The notes beneath the pieces are model-generated. The model did not search any database and was not told the origin of the DNA. It worked only from the letters and a program-made list of their open reading frames with translations. Shown here piece by piece: positions 45,755 through 56,558 of a DNA stretch of 64,000 nucleotides. Each line of letters begins with the position of its first letter. Positions within the stretch are counted from its first letter, which is position 1. The position numbers and the translations under genes were made by a program. Origin of the DNA: an uncultured Hormoscilla sp. (GTDB lineage Bacteria > Cyanobacteriota > Cyanobacteriia > Cyanobacteriales > Desertifilaceae). The stretch lies in assembly GCA_963921275.4 (NCBI GenBank), contig OZ001293.3, positions 5,632,001 to 5,696,000 of the forward strand, written 5' to 3'.

Positions 45755-48031
45755 ATGGAATTTTCAATCGCAACACTGCTAGGGAATTTTGAAGATGAAA
45801 AATTGGTAGCGCCTAAGGTTTTGGAGAAAAAACTGGGTGCTACGGAAAATGGAAGTCTGCGCAAACTCCAAATTGCCTTAGACGCCCTAGAAAGAATTGG
45901 GATTTTAGTCAAAGACCGTGGCAGATATAGAAGGGTCTATGACAAGCAATCCTTCGTTGAAGGCAAACTCCGCTGTTCGAGCAAGGGTTTTTGCTTTGCT
46001 ATCCAAGATGCCGAAGATACTGAGGATATCTATATCCGAGAAAGCAATCTCTCTACGGCATGGAACGGCGATCGGGTATTGGTGAAGATCCTCAAAGAAG
46101 GCAGTCGCAGACGCTCTCCAGAAGGAGAAGTACAGCTGATTCTAGACCGAGCAATTACTTCGGTACTAGGACGGGTGAAGCGTGCGAACGGGGATTACAA
46201 AGCCGTGCCTCTGGATGACCGGCTGCTGTTTGAACTGGACATTAAATCACAGGAGGCTCAAAACCTGGAAGAAGCGGTGGATCACCTGGTACATGTGGAA
46301 ATCCTCCGCTATTCTCTCGGTCAGCATCCTCCCATAGGCAGAGTTACCCAAGTCCTGGGTAGCAATGCTGAAGAAGCGGCTGATACGGAAATCGTCCGCT
46401 GCAAACATAACTTGCCCAAAGAGTTTCCCCCTGAGGTCTTAGCTGCTGCGGCTCAGGAGATGTCCCCGCCGGTATCGGAGGCAAAACGGCGGGATTTGCG
46501 CCAGATGCTGACAATTACGATCAAACCAGGCGCCTCGAAGGACAGTCGCCCTGAGACCTTAGATGACGCGCTCAGCCTGGATCGAACTGAAGCGGGATAT
46601 TGGCGCGTGGGGGTTCATATTGCCGATGTGGCTGAGTATGTCCTACCAGATGAGCCGATCGACCAGGAAGCTTCAAAGCGAGGGGCCTCGGTCTATTTGG
46701 GCGAAAAGGTGCTGCCGATGCTACCAGAGGCGGTGGCTGCTCGATGCTGCTTGGTGCCAGAAGCAGATAGATTAGCTGTCTCTGTATTATTGACCCTCGA
46801 CAGTGAAGGGCAGTTGATTGAGTTTGAGTTTCAACCGACAATCGTGCGAGTTAATTATCAATTGTCTTATCAGCAGGTAAGAGAAATTATTAATAAAGAG
46901 ACCAAATCATTTCCGAGAAAGGTAGCTGAAACTTTGTCCGAACTGTTGCTATTGACTCAGGGATTGAGAGAACAGCGCCTGAAGAGGGGTTCCTTTGATT
47001 TGAATTTGCCAGACAAAAAATTTCACTACGATGATGAGGGCACCTTGGGGGCTTTGGTAGTCTCGCCCCAACTGCCAGAGAGATCGATCGTAACGGAGTT
47101 GATGATTCTGGCAAACCAGGTGGTGGCAACCCATTTGCAGGCCCTATCTTTGCCGTTAATTTACCGCGTACATCCGACCCCTCATATGGAAGAGGTGCAG
47201 GAGTTAATTAAGTTGGCGGGTAATTTGGAGATTGAACTGGAACTGGCAGAAGAAGATGTGGTGACGCCGGCGGATTATAAAGCTTTCACCGGGGTGTTTG
47301 CCCAGTCATCGGCCCAGAAGGTACTCACCAATATCTTGATATCTACCTTGAAGCCAGCTGCTTACAGCACTACCCCTAAACCTCACTTTGGACTGGCCCT
47401 GGACGAGGCATACACTCACTTTACCTCTCCTCTACAGCGTTACGGCGATCTGCTGGTTCACCGGATATTGCATGCGGTGTTCGAACAGGGACGCGATCGC
47501 CGTACCAGTCGTGCTAAAGAAAGTTTTAACCTGCGCCACAGCAGTTGCCACAATCAAATCAACTGGAAGGTTCTCCCCCCAAACATCCTTCAGGACTTCG
47601 AGGATCACTTTACCTCAGTTGCTGCTCACTTGAGTGAGAAAGAAAGGATCGCCCAAGAAGCCCAAGAGGACTTGGACGGACTGCAAAAAGCGGAATTTAT
47701 GAAGGCACATACAGGGGAGATATTCAGTGGGGTGATTACTGGGGTCCAGTCCTACGGTTTCTTTGTGGAGCTGGAAGATGTATTGGTAGAAGGACTGGTA
47801 CATGTAAGCTCCCTGAAAGATGACTGGTATGAATATCGCTCCCGACAGCAAATGCTGGTGGGTCGCAAAAACCGCAATCAATACCGACTGGGCTCACGGG
47901 TGGAGGTGCAGGTGAAAAGCGTTGACTATTACCGCCAGCAAATTGACCTGATTGCTGTTAGCGGGGGTAGCGTTGGCACGGAATGGGAGGATGACCCAGA
48001 CGACCTTGAACCCGATGAATATAAAGATTAG
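45755..48031 (+). CDS. Ribonuclease R family protein
   Basis: Cold-shock domain (KGFCFA), LDDALS, VHIADV, YTHFTSPLQRYGD, S1 domain. Confidence 0.92.
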   Translation: MEFSIATLLGNFEDEKLVAPKVLEKKLGATENGSLRKLQIALDALERIGILVKDRGRYRRVYDKQSFVEGKLRCSSKGFCFAIQDAEDTEDIYIRESNLSTAWNGDRVLVKILKEGSRRRSPEGEVQLILDRAITSVLGRVKRANGDYKAVPLDDRLLFELDIKSQEAQNLEEAVDHLVHVEILRYSLGQHPPIGRVTQVLGSNAEEAADTEIVRCKHNLPKEFPPEVLAAAAQEMSPPVSEAKRRDLRQMLTITIKPGASKDSRPETLDDALSLDRTEAGYWRVGVHIADVAEYVLPDEPIDQEASKRGASVYLGEKVLPMLPEAVAARCCLVPEADRLAVSVLLTLDSEGQLIEFEFQPTIVRVNYQLSYQQVREIINKETKSFPRKVAETLSELLLLTQGLREQRLKRGSFDLNLPDKKFHYDDEGTLGALVVSPQLPERSIVTELMILANQVVATHLQALSLPLIYRVHPTPHMEEVQELIKLAGNLEIELELAEEDVVTPADYKAFTGVFAQSSAQKVLTNILISTLKPAAYSTTPKPHFGLALDEAYTHFTSPLQRYGDLLVHRILHAVFEQGRDRRTSRAKESFNLRHSSCHNQINWKVLPPNILQDFEDHFTSVAAHLSEKERIAQEAQEDLDGLQKAEFMKAHTGEIFSGVITGVQSYGFFVELEDVLVEGLVHVSSLKDDWYEYRSRQQMLVGRKNRNQYRLGSRVEVQVKSVDYYRQQIDLIAVSGGSVGTEWEDDPDDLEPDEYKD

Positions 48032-48353
48032 GGGGAGCATGTGAGTTCGTAGGGCGGGCGACAAGAGCTGCCAGTCAGTTGTTAGAGCGTCGGTCTATTA
48101 ATAATACTTGACAAATTAAAACATCTGTGAATCAACGAAAAATCAACATATTCTCGCCTCCCCCTCTCCCTGGACCCCTCATGATTTTACCCAAAATTTG
48201 TTGTACTGGACCGATGCTTTAGCTGTTAGCGCCATCCCCGTCGGTAGGTGATTTTGTCTGAGAGCAAAAATAAGGACGAGACTTATCTGGACATGCTCCC
48301 CCGTTCCCAGGCAGAGCCGTGGGAACGAGGGGGAGGACAAGGCCAAAGGAAAA

Positions 48354-48977
48354 ATGGAAAATCAAGTGAGACAGACTCTGGTTATGGGAGTATCGGGGTC
48401 ATCGGGTTTAATCTATGCGGTGCGGGCGCTCAAATTTTTGCTCTGGGCAGATTACACTATTGACCTAGTTGCCTCGAAGGCAGTTTATATGGTCTGGCAG
48501 GCAGAGCAAAATATCCGCATGCCAGCGGAGCCAGTACAGCAGTCGGAGTTCTGGCGGCTGCAAGCTGGGGTAGAAACTGCCGGGAAACTGCGCTGTCACC
48601 CCTGGCAAGATATTGGTGCCAATATTGCCAGTGGTTCCTTCCGCACCCGAGGGATGATTATCATCCCTTGCAGTATGGGTACGGTGGCCAAATTGGCAGC
48701 AGGCTTGAGTTCGGATCTGCTCTTAAGGGCCGCTGATGTCCAGATCAAAGAAGGTCGGAAATTGGCGATCGTCCCCCGGGAGACTCCCTTAAGTCTGATT
48801 CACTTGCGGAATCTGACGGCTTTGGCTCAAGCAGGTGTTAAAATTGTTCCAGCAATTCCTGCTTGGTACCACAAGCCGCAGACGATCGAGGATCTGGTAG
48901 ATTTTGTGGTGGCTCGTGCTTTGGACCAACTGGATATTGATTGTGTGCCGATTAACCGCTGGGAAGGTCACGCTTAA
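48354..48977 (+). CDS. ubiX: Flavin prenyltransferase UbiX
   Basis: GVSGSSG, ANIASGSF, PCSMGT, VPRETPL. Confidence 0.93.
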   Translation: MENQVRQTLVMGVSGSSGLIYAVRALKFLLWADYTIDLVASKAVYMVWQAEQNIRMPAEPVQQSEFWRLQAGVETAGKLRCHPWQDIGANIASGSFRTRGMIIIPCSMGTVAKLAAGLSSDLLLRAADVQIKEGRKLAIVPRETPLSLIHLRNLTALAQAGVKIVPAIPAWYHKPQTIEDLVDFVVARALDQLDIDCVPINRWEGHA

Positions 48978-48981
48978 AGTT

Positions 48982-49698
48982 ATGCCTGCCATTAGCCTTG
49001 TTTTACTGCTAGTCATTGGCGGAGGGCTGACTCTGTTTGCTTTGCAAAACTGGTCGCCTTCTTTGTCCCTGGTGTTTTTAGGATTGCCAACTCCTCCCTT
49101 GCCCCTGGCTGTCTGGATATTGCTGGGCCTGGCTGCCGGAGTGATGACTGGGTTGTCGATCGCGGCCTTGTTTAGGTGGTACAGTTATCTAGAGGCACGC
49201 CCACGCTACGAGGGAGGGTCTGCTTATCCTGCGGGTTCTTGGCCTCCTCAAGAGTCGAAAGGTAGCGAAACGGATTTTATTCGACGTAGTAAAACCACTT
49301 ACAATGCCCACCAGCGACGGGACGGTTTTGATACCATAGGCGATCGCACCCAAAAAGCGGCAGTCCCGACTAAAGGCGATCGCTGCGCGAAAAATCGCAC
49401 CCCCTCTTCAGCAGCATCGAATAATGATGATTGGGAACAGGAAAACAAGATATCTGAGGATTGGGATGATGCTGTAACGTCCGCAAGCACGGAGCAGAAA
49501 AAGGGCGATAAGGCTAAAGCAGGTCAGGAGGAAGGGAAAGATTCATTCTACTCCTATGGCTTCCAGGATAAGGGGAATTCGGGGAAAACTGAGGATGTCT
49601 ACGAAGCGAATTATCGGGTGATAATTCCTCCGGTTCGCGAGGAGAGTGACGCAGAGGAAAATGATGAAGATTGGGGATTAGATGAAGATGAAACTTAA
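48982..49698 (+). CDS. LapA-like membrane protein with acidic tail
   Basis: Two TM segments (LFALQN...LVFLG...PLAVWIL) and a DVYEANYRVI tail. Repeat-derived segment at about 49340-49400. Confidence 0.7.
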   Translation: MPAISLVLLLVIGGGLTLFALQNWSPSLSLVFLGLPTPPLPLAVWILLGLAAGVMTGLSIAALFRWYSYLEARPRYEGGSAYPAGSWPPQESKGSETDFIRRSKTTYNAHQRRDGFDTIGDRTQKAAVPTKGDRCAKNRTPSSAASNNDDWEQENKISEDWDDAVTSASTEQKKGDKAKAGQEEGKDSFYSYGFQDKGNSGKTEDVYEANYRVIIPPVREESDAEENDEDWGLDEDET

Positions 49699-49734
49699 TG
49701 AGATGATTGGTTTTCAACAGAAAAAAGATGATCA

Positions 49735-50331
49735 ATGAACAATTTAAGAGGAATTAGTATTTATATAATCGGGATGATGGGTGCAGGGAAAACGACGGTG
49801 GGGGAATTATTGGCAAAGGAACTGGAATATCGTTTTTTTGATACGGATGTGCTGATTGAACGAGTCAAAGGAAAAGCGATCGGGGAAATATTCAAAACGG
49901 AAGGAGAAGCAGGATTTCGGGAGATAGAAAGTCAGGTGTTGGGCTCGCTGTCAGCCTATCTGCAATCAGTGGTGGCTACGGGTGGAGGGATAGTATTGCG
50001 GCAGAAAAATTGGAGTTACCTGCACCACGGCATCGTTGTCTGGCTAGATTTACCGGTAGAACAATTATATAAGCGTTTGCAAGGAGATACGACCCGCCCT
50101 CTGTTACAAGAATGCGATGTCTCCCGGACGCACGGCGAAAACCCGGGAGACATCGCAGACCCCTTGGAAAAACTGCGATCGCTCCTGTCCGACCGGCAAC
50201 CCCTGTACAGTCAAGCGGATTTACACATTACTATGACAGGAGAAGAAACCCCTGAAGGAGTAGCAAGGCGCGTGCTAGAGGAAATTCCGACTATTATCAA
50301 ACCAGAAGTAAAGAATCGGGAATTTAACTAA
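49735..50331 (+). CDS. aroK: Shikimate kinase with in-frame hairpin insertion
   Basis: IGMMGAGKTTVG, GEAGFRE, ATGGG, TRPLL. Extra CDVSRTHGENPGDI at 50113-50154. Confidence 0.95.
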   Translation: MNNLRGISIYIIGMMGAGKTTVGELLAKELEYRFFDTDVLIERVKGKAIGEIFKTEGEAGFREIESQVLGSLSAYLQSVVATGGGIVLRQKNWSYLHHGIVVWLDLPVEQLYKRLQGDTTRPLLQECDVSRTHGENPGDIADPLEKLRSLLSDRQPLYSQADLHITMTGEETPEGVARRVLEEIPTIIKPEVKNREFN

Positions 50332-50374
50332 ATTAACAATTTATTTGTGTGAGTAAATAATACCCATTAGACAT

Positions 50375-51268
50375 ATGCTCAAAGAAAATGAAGATTTGCA
50401 GCTTGAAGTTAGTGCGCGGGTGCGAGTGCTGAGTGAAGCGCTGCCCTATATGCAACAGTTTGCGGGTCGGACTGTGGTGGTCAAGTACGGGGGGGCGGCG
50501 ATGAAAGATAGCACTCTCAAAGATAAGGTGATGCGGGATATTGTATTTTTGTCCTGCGTTGGCGTGCGTCCGGTGTTGGTGCATGGTGGCGGTCCGGAAA
50601 TTAATACCTGGCTGGGTAAACTAGGCATTGAACCACAATTTAAGAATGGTCTGCGGGTGACGGATGCGGACACGATGGAAGTTGTGGAAATGGTCCTGGT
50701 GGGGCGGGTGAATAAAGAAATTGTCTCTCTGATTAATACGGCTGGGGGAAAGGCGATCGGGCTGTGCGGTAAAGATGGTAATTTGATCTGCGCTCGCCCG
50801 CAAGGTGCTGAAGGTATTGGTTTTGTCGGGGAAGTCAGCAGCGTGGATACCCAAATTTTGCAGTCCCTGGTCAACAGTGGCTATATTCCCGTAGTCTCAA
50901 GTGTGGCAGCAGATGAAACGGGACAGGCTTATAATATCAATGCTGACACGGTGGCCGGGGAGTTAGCAGCGGCCCTGGGGGCGGAAAAGCTGATTTTGCT
51001 GACGGATACTGCTGGAATTTTGCAGGACTATAAAGACCCATCAACCCTGATCTATAAATTAGACATTCAACAGGCGCGAAGTCTGATAGAAAAAGGGGTG
51101 GTGGCTGGTGGGATGATTCCTAAGGTGAATTGCTGCGTGCGGAGTCTGGCTCAAGGTGTGCGGGCTGCTCACATTATCGATGGTCGCATGCCCCACGCTC
51201 TGTTGCTGGAAATCTTTACTGACTCTGGGATCGGCTCGATGATCGTTGCCTCGGAATTCATGAGTTAA
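50375..51268 (+). CDS. argB: Acetylglutamate kinase
   Basis: [31 protein letters not shown]. Confidence 0.97.
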   Translation: MLKENEDLQLEVSARVRVLSEALPYMQQFAGRTVVVKYGGAAMKDSTLKDKVMRDIVFLSCVGVRPVLVHGGGPEINTWLGKLGIEPQFKNGLRVTDADTMEVVEMVLVGRVNKEIVSLINTAGGKAIGLCGKDGNLICARPQGAEGIGFVGEVSSVDTQILQSLVNSGYIPVVSSVAADETGQAYNINADTVAGELAAALGAEKLILLTDTAGILQDYKDPSTLIYKLDIQQARSLIEKGVVAGGMIPKVNCCVRSLAQGVRAAHIIDGRMPHALLLEIFTDSGIGSMIVASEFMS

Positions 51269-51336
51269 TAGCGTAGGACGGGCGGATCGCCTGTCAGCGT
51301 AGGACGGGCGGATCGCCTGTCAGGGAGAAGCGTAGG

Positions 51337-51852
51337 GTGAAGACAGAAAGTTTAGAGATTGTCAAGGATAACTACGAGGCGGGCAAAAATGCCTTTGAGC
51401 GCGGTCAGTACAGCGCCTCAGTTGAGTATTTGGAAAAAGCGAGTGGCCTAGTTAATCCCAATTCTCAACTGGGAGGAGATGTGCTTCTGTGGCTGGCGAT
51501 CGCCTATGAGGCTGCCAGTAAGCAAGCAGAGGCGCGGGCGGTTTGTCAGCAGTTGCAATCTCATCCCAGTCTGGAAGCCCGCAAAGAAGGTAAGCGCTTA
51601 CTCTATATTCTGGAAGCACCCCAGCTAAAGAGACCGGAAGCATGGATGAGCAAAATCCCGGATTTAGGCTCAATGTCGGAAAGTGAGGTAAAATATCGGC
51701 GGGGTGCTGGTGTTGCTAAAAGCGGCACATCCCAGGGGCGGGTTGAACCGGAAGCAGATTTAACTCAGGTAAATAGGGAAGATAATCGATTTATCTGGGT
51801 GGCTCTGATTGTAGCAAGTCTGACAATCTGCGGTTTTATTTTGCTAAGTTAG
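51337..51852 (+). CDS. TPR-like membrane-anchored protein
   Basis: YEAGKNAFERGQY, LLYILEAPQL, C-terminal TM segment. Confidence 0.75.
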   Translation: MKTESLEIVKDNYEAGKNAFERGQYSASVEYLEKASGLVNPNSQLGGDVLLWLAIAYEAASKQAEARAVCQQLQSHPSLEARKEGKRLLYILEAPQLKRPEAWMSKIPDLGSMSESEVKYRRGAGVAKSGTSQGRVEPEADLTQVNREDNRFIWVALIVASLTICGFILLS

Positions 51853-51869
51853 TAGGAAGGGAAAAGGTA

Positions 51870-52604
51870 ATGATCGTGCAGAGGCAAAAGTCAGTTATCC
51901 GTTTTCTGGTCCCGGTTTATATTTTACTTTTGACAATGCTGACAGGCTGCGTCGAATATGACATTGGGGTCCAGATGAATAGTCAGACTCATGGGGAAAT
52001 AGTACAGCAGATTCAGCTGAAAGATCAGCTAAATCTTTTTAGTCGGGCGACGCTGCAAACATGGTTAGATAGCATTGACGAACGGGTGCGCCAGTTGGAA
52101 GGCAAAACAGAGATGCTTTCTGACCAGGCTATGAATGTGATTATTCCTTTTAATAATGGGGCGGAATTGGCTGTGAAGTTCAACAGTTTTTTTAATCCCT
52201 ATGAGCGGCCAGCTAATTATAATAATAATGAGGCGGATTTATCTTTACTTTCATCAAATTTGGAGGTAGCCCAAAATAATTTTATCTTGGCGCTCCGCAA
52301 TCACTTGCAACTAGATTTGGATTTGCGATCGCTCGCTGTGGTCTCAGCTGATGACGAAGTATTGCTGAGTCCGGATAGGTTTTTGGCTCTGAAATTTGGC
52401 CTGACTACTCCTTGGGGGGCAAAAATAATTGGCGATGATACCCGGAGATCGGGAAATCAGCTAGTCTGGACACTGGAACAGGGTAAACTAAATCATATTG
52501 AAGCGATATTCTGGGTTCCCAGTCCGATCGGAATTGGTGCTTTGATAATTATTATGTTGGTAGCAGGGGGAACATATTTGAAAGAGGGAAAGGTGAAGAG
52601 TTGA
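51870..52604 (+). CDS. DUF3153 family lipoprotein
   Basis: LTGCVEYD lipobox, LDLRSL, IEAIFWVPSPIGIG. Confidence 0.8.
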   Translation: MIVQRQKSVIRFLVPVYILLLTMLTGCVEYDIGVQMNSQTHGEIVQQIQLKDQLNLFSRATLQTWLDSIDERVRQLEGKTEMLSDQAMNVIIPFNNGAELAVKFNSFFNPYERPANYNNNEADLSLLSSNLEVAQNNFILALRNHLQLDLDLRSLAVVSADDEVLLSPDRFLALKFGLTTPWGAKIIGDDTRRSGNQLVWTLEQGKLNHIEAIFWVPSPIGIGALIIIMLVAGGTYLKEGKVKS

Positions 52605-52634
52605 GAATAGAGAATAGAGAATAGAGAATAGAAA

Positions 52635-53564
52635 ATGGAATCATTAAAAGGACGAGATTTATTGAGTTTGGCAGACCTAAGTGCTAGGGAATTGAACTCA
52701 CTGTTAGAACTGGCGGCGCAACTGAAAAAGGGTAAGGTAAAATGGCGCTGCAATAAGGTGCTGGGACTGTTATTTTCTAAAGCTTCTACCCGGACTCGGG
52801 TGAGTTTGACTCTGGCAATGTATCAATTAGGAGGTCAGGTAATTGACCTGCTTCCTAATGTAACCCAAGTTAGTCGGGGAGAACCGCTGATCGATACAGC
52901 AAGGGTTTTAGAGCGATATCTAAATGTTTTGGCAATTAGAACTTTTGAGCAGCAAGATTTAGAAACTTTTGCTGAATATGCTAAGATTCCAGTGATTAAT
53001 GCGCTGACAGATAGAGAGCATCCTTGTCAGATATTGGCTGATTTATTGACGATCAAAGAATGCTTTTGCAATCTGGAAGGTAGGACTTTAACTTATGTGG
53101 GAGATGGAAATAATGTGGCGCACTCATTACTGTTAGGTTGTGTACTGGCGGGGATGAATGTGAGAGTGGCGACGCCGCCGAAGTTTGAGCCGAATGGTGA
53201 AATTGTGGCCCAGGCGCGTCAAATGGCGGCGGGACGCACGGAAGTGATGATAACCACAGACCCAGTGGCAGCAGTAACGGGCAGTCAGGTGGTTTATACT
53301 GATGTTTGGGCTAGTATGGGACAGGAAGCTTCTGCGGGCGATCGTTTGCCAGTTTTTCAGCCTTATCAGGTGAATAAAGCACTGTTAGCTAAAACGGATC
53401 CAAAGGCGATCGTGCTCCATTGTTTGCCAGCCCATCGGGGAGAAGAAATTACTGATGAGGTGATGGAAGGTTCTCAATCACGAATATGGGACCAGGCCGA
53501 AAATCGATTGCACGCCCAAAAGGCTTTACTGGCAAGTATTCTGGGGAATGAATTGAGCAATTGA
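52635..53564 (+). CDS. argF: Ornithine carbamoyltransferase
   Basis: STRTR, HPCQILAD, YTDVWASMG, HCLPAHRG. Confidence 0.97.
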   Translation: MESLKGRDLLSLADLSARELNSLLELAAQLKKGKVKWRCNKVLGLLFSKASTRTRVSLTLAMYQLGGQVIDLLPNVTQVSRGEPLIDTARVLERYLNVLAIRTFEQQDLETFAEYAKIPVINALTDREHPCQILADLLTIKECFCNLEGRTLTYVGDGNNVAHSLLLGCVLAGMNVRVATPPKFEPNGEIVAQARQMAAGRTEVMITTDPVAAVTGSQVVYTDVWASMGQEASAGDRLPVFQPYQVNKALLAKTDPKAIVLHCLPAHRGEEITDEVMEGSQSRIWDQAENRLHAQKALLASILGNELSN

Positions 53565-53721
53565 GAATTGAGAATTGAGAATTGAGAATTGAGAATTGAG
53601 TTTAGTAAGTTGGGTTTCGTGCCTCAACCCAACCTACAGTTACTGAAATTTATATTATGGGCATTAAACCGGAGATGGGCAGGCGATCCGCCCGCCCTAC
53701 GCAAAAAATAACTGACAAATA

Positions 53722-55356
53722 ATGAGTGAAGTCCTGCTTTCTGTGGAAAATCTTCGAGTCGCTTATCCCCAACTTCACGGAACACCTAGTTGGGCGGTGG
53801 ATGATGTCTCTTTCACTCTCAAACCTGGAGAAAGATTGGGTTTGGTGGGAGAATCGGGTTGTGGTAAGTCTACTCTGGGACGTGCGGTGATGCGACTTTT
53901 ACCAACTGGTTCTCGCCTGGAAGGACGGGTAACTTTTGCGGGGGAGTCGGTATTTGATCTTTCTCCAACACAGTTGCGCCGCTTTCGTGGAGAAGCAGTG
54001 GCGCTGGTGTTTCAAGACCCGATGACTCGTCTGGATCCTTTGATGACCATCGGGGACCATTGTCTGGAAACTCTGCGATCGCACGAACCCCAACTTTCGC
54101 GCCGTCAAGCAAAGCAAAGAGCAATTTCTACTTTGTCGGCGGTGAACATTCCTGCCGATCGGTGGGGACAGTATCCTCACGAGTTTAGTGGTGGCATGCA
54201 ACAGCGGGTGGCGATCGCTCTCGCATTGGTGCTGAAGCCAAAACTAATTGTTGCCGACGAACCCACTACTAGCTTGGATGTGACGGTAGCGGCACAAATT
54301 CTCCAGGAACTGACGCGCCTCTGTCAAGAACGGGAAATGGCGCTGCTGTTAATTTCCCACGATCTGGCAACGATCGGAGAGTATTGCGATCGAATTGCGG
54401 TGATGTATGCCGGTCAGATCGTGGAAATGGGCGCTACTCAACAAGTGCTGCAACATCCCGAACATGAGTATACCCGATCGCTCTTGGCAACTGCACTCCA
54501 CATTCAAGCCGTCTCCGATAGAATCTCAGAAGTCAAAACTGACAATTCGCCCCTACTGCGGGTTACCGACTTACAGCAGCATTATACCTTGGAGGGCAAT
54601 TTTGTCGAACAGCTGTTTCGCAAAAACACTCCTGTAATTAAAGCAGTGGATGGAGTCAGCTTAGAATTATATCCTGGGGAGATTCTGGGATTAGTCGGAG
54701 AATCTGGTTGCGGCAAAAGTACCCTTTCTCGCAGCATTTTACAGCTTGTTCGCCCCACAGGTGGCAAGGTCGAGTTTCTTGGAGTTAATTTAACGAAAGC
54801 TTCACCTCGCAGACTGCGAGGGTGGCGCAGACAAATGCAAATGGTATTTCAAGACCCCCATGCTTGTCTAAATCCCTTGATGACCGTGGGACAAAGTATA
54901 GCAGACCCACTGTTTATCCACAAGTTGGCTACCCCTGCTGAGGCCAAAGCACGAGTAATATCCATGTTAGAAAGAGTCGGGTTAACTCCAACTGCTGATT
55001 ATTATCATAGATATCCCGGTGAGTTGTCTGGAGGACAGCAGCAACGAGTCGCGATCGCCCGGGCTTTAATTACCCGTCCGCAACTGCTGATCTGCGACGA
55101 ACCTGTCAGCATGCTAGATGCCAGCGTCCAGTCCCAAGTCCTAGATTTAATGTTAGAACTAAAACGGGATTTTGACCTCACTTATCTGTTTATTACTCAC
55201 AACCTCTGGGTGGCCAGGTTTCTGTGCGATCGCATTGCCGTGATGAACCAAGGTAAGATTGTCGAACTCGGTTCCACTCATGATATCTTTACCAACCCTC
55301 AGCACCCTTACACTCAAACTCTGTTGCAAGCTGCTCCTTTACTTGCGAATTGTTAA
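53722..55356 (+). CDS. Oligopeptide-type ABC transporter ATP-binding protein (two ATPase domains)
   Basis: Two GESGCGKS Walker A motifs, FSGGMQQR and [12 protein letters not shown]. Confidence 0.93.
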   Translation: MSEVLLSVENLRVAYPQLHGTPSWAVDDVSFTLKPGERLGLVGESGCGKSTLGRAVMRLLPTGSRLEGRVTFAGESVFDLSPTQLRRFRGEAVALVFQDPMTRLDPLMTIGDHCLETLRSHEPQLSRRQAKQRAISTLSAVNIPADRWGQYPHEFSGGMQQRVAIALALVLKPKLIVADEPTTSLDVTVAAQILQELTRLCQEREMALLLISHDLATIGEYCDRIAVMYAGQIVEMGATQQVLQHPEHEYTRSLLATALHIQAVSDRISEVKTDNSPLLRVTDLQQHYTLEGNFVEQLFRKNTPVIKAVDGVSLELYPGEILGLVGESGCGKSTLSRSILQLVRPTGGKVEFLGVNLTKASPRRLRGWRRQMQMVFQDPHACLNPLMTVGQSIADPLFIHKLATPAEAKARVISMLERVGLTPTADYYHRYPGELSGGQQQRVAIARALITRPQLLICDEPVSMLDASVQSQVLDLMLELKRDFDLTYLFITHNLWVARFLCDRIAVMNQGKIVELGSTHDIFTNPQHPYTQTLLQAAPLLANC

Positions 55357-55950
55357 TTGTTGATTGTTGATTGTTAATCGTGCAACACGACATGCTCATT
55401 CATCTCTGTGGTTTGTTAGATGATGGAGGCTTTGCCAGTCCCTTGAATGTAAAGGATGAAGATTGGCAACCAATCAGACTCCATCTGATTCAAGTTAATG
55501 ATGATGATAATTTTGTAGCATATATTGATGCGCTCCATGAATACGCAGATGAGCCCTCCCAAACCTGCCCAAGGAAACTGGCTTCAAGTAGCCTTCAGTC
55601 AGGGTTGGTGGAGACATAGTTTGGGTGCATCCCATTTTTGTAATTTTGCGTAGCGTTAGGGGCGAGCCCGCTGAATTTTATTCCTCTTCGTCGTATCGGT
55701 GAGGTTGGGGGAAGGGAACAGGGAACAGGGAACAGGGAACTTTTAACAGGGAAACAGGAGAACAGGGGCTCCCGGGACGGCGGGGGCGGTGGGGGGATCG
55801 CTAGCGAGCAGAATAACATCAATTGATGCCTTATTTTTGATACTCCCCCAAAGCTTGGATGCGCCCCTTCGGCCCCGACAGCTTTTGCAGGACAACCCCA
55901 CCATAGCTAGTCGCAACTCTGGCTAACGTCGGTTGGGGGTTGGGAGTGTT

Positions 55951-56116
55951 GACCTATAATAAATTGATTTCGACCTATAATAAATCGATTATAATATATA
56001 ATAAACTTAGTATAAATATGACTAAATTAATTATAACATATAATCGATTTATTCATATTTATACTAAGTTTATTCATATCCATACTAAGTCTATTCTGAC
56101 ATATAATAGATTCTTA
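55951..56116 (+). repeat. Degenerate AT-rich 21-bp periodic repeat, 8 units
   Basis: ACCTATAATAAATTGATTTCG-like units, translating as TYNKLIS/TYNKSII/IYNKLSI/NMTKLII/TYNRFIH/IYTKFIH/IHTKSIL/TYNRFLS. Confidence 0.75.
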
Positions 56117-56558
56117 TCCGAACAGATAAGGGAGACTCAGACTTAAAGTCGGGACAACCCGTTCCGAGCTAGGCTTCTAGCCCACAGGGACGTGCTTGCC
56201 GCTCGCGCGAGCGCCTCAATGTCACGCTTTTACGTTGGTAGCCCATTTTTCTCTTTTTTTTTTCCAAGTCACCTTGTCTCTCTTGTCTTCCAAGTCACCT
56301 TGTCTCCCTTGTCTGGTCACTGCCTCTTTGTAAAAAACCTACCCTTGTAAGCCTCCCCCTCCCCCCACACCGGAGGAAGCTCCCACACCTCCCACACTCC
56401 CCTCCCCCAATCTCCGGATACGCCCCTTCGCCAGGGTTAAGATAGCCCGCCCCGTAACGGGTTTCAGAGCAAAAATGAGATGCTCCAATTAGCAATTAGC
56501 AATTAACCATTCTCAATTTTTAACAAAGGGTTGTCAGAGTGGGAAGAGATAGAGTATA

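Noticed and set aside
52602..53640. Heptamer tandem repeats (GAGAATA, GAGAATT; also CTGACCA at about 9861) and palindromes such as AGAAACCCGGTTTCT and GGTGGGCACCGCCCACC elsewhere
   Set aside because: Ordinary STRR/REP-like repeats typical of filamentous cyanobacteria.
55371..55619. 82-aa ORF after the ABC ATPase gene
   Set aside because: The start lies in a heptamer repeat and no family is recognisable. It may be a gene fragment, but I cannot support a call.
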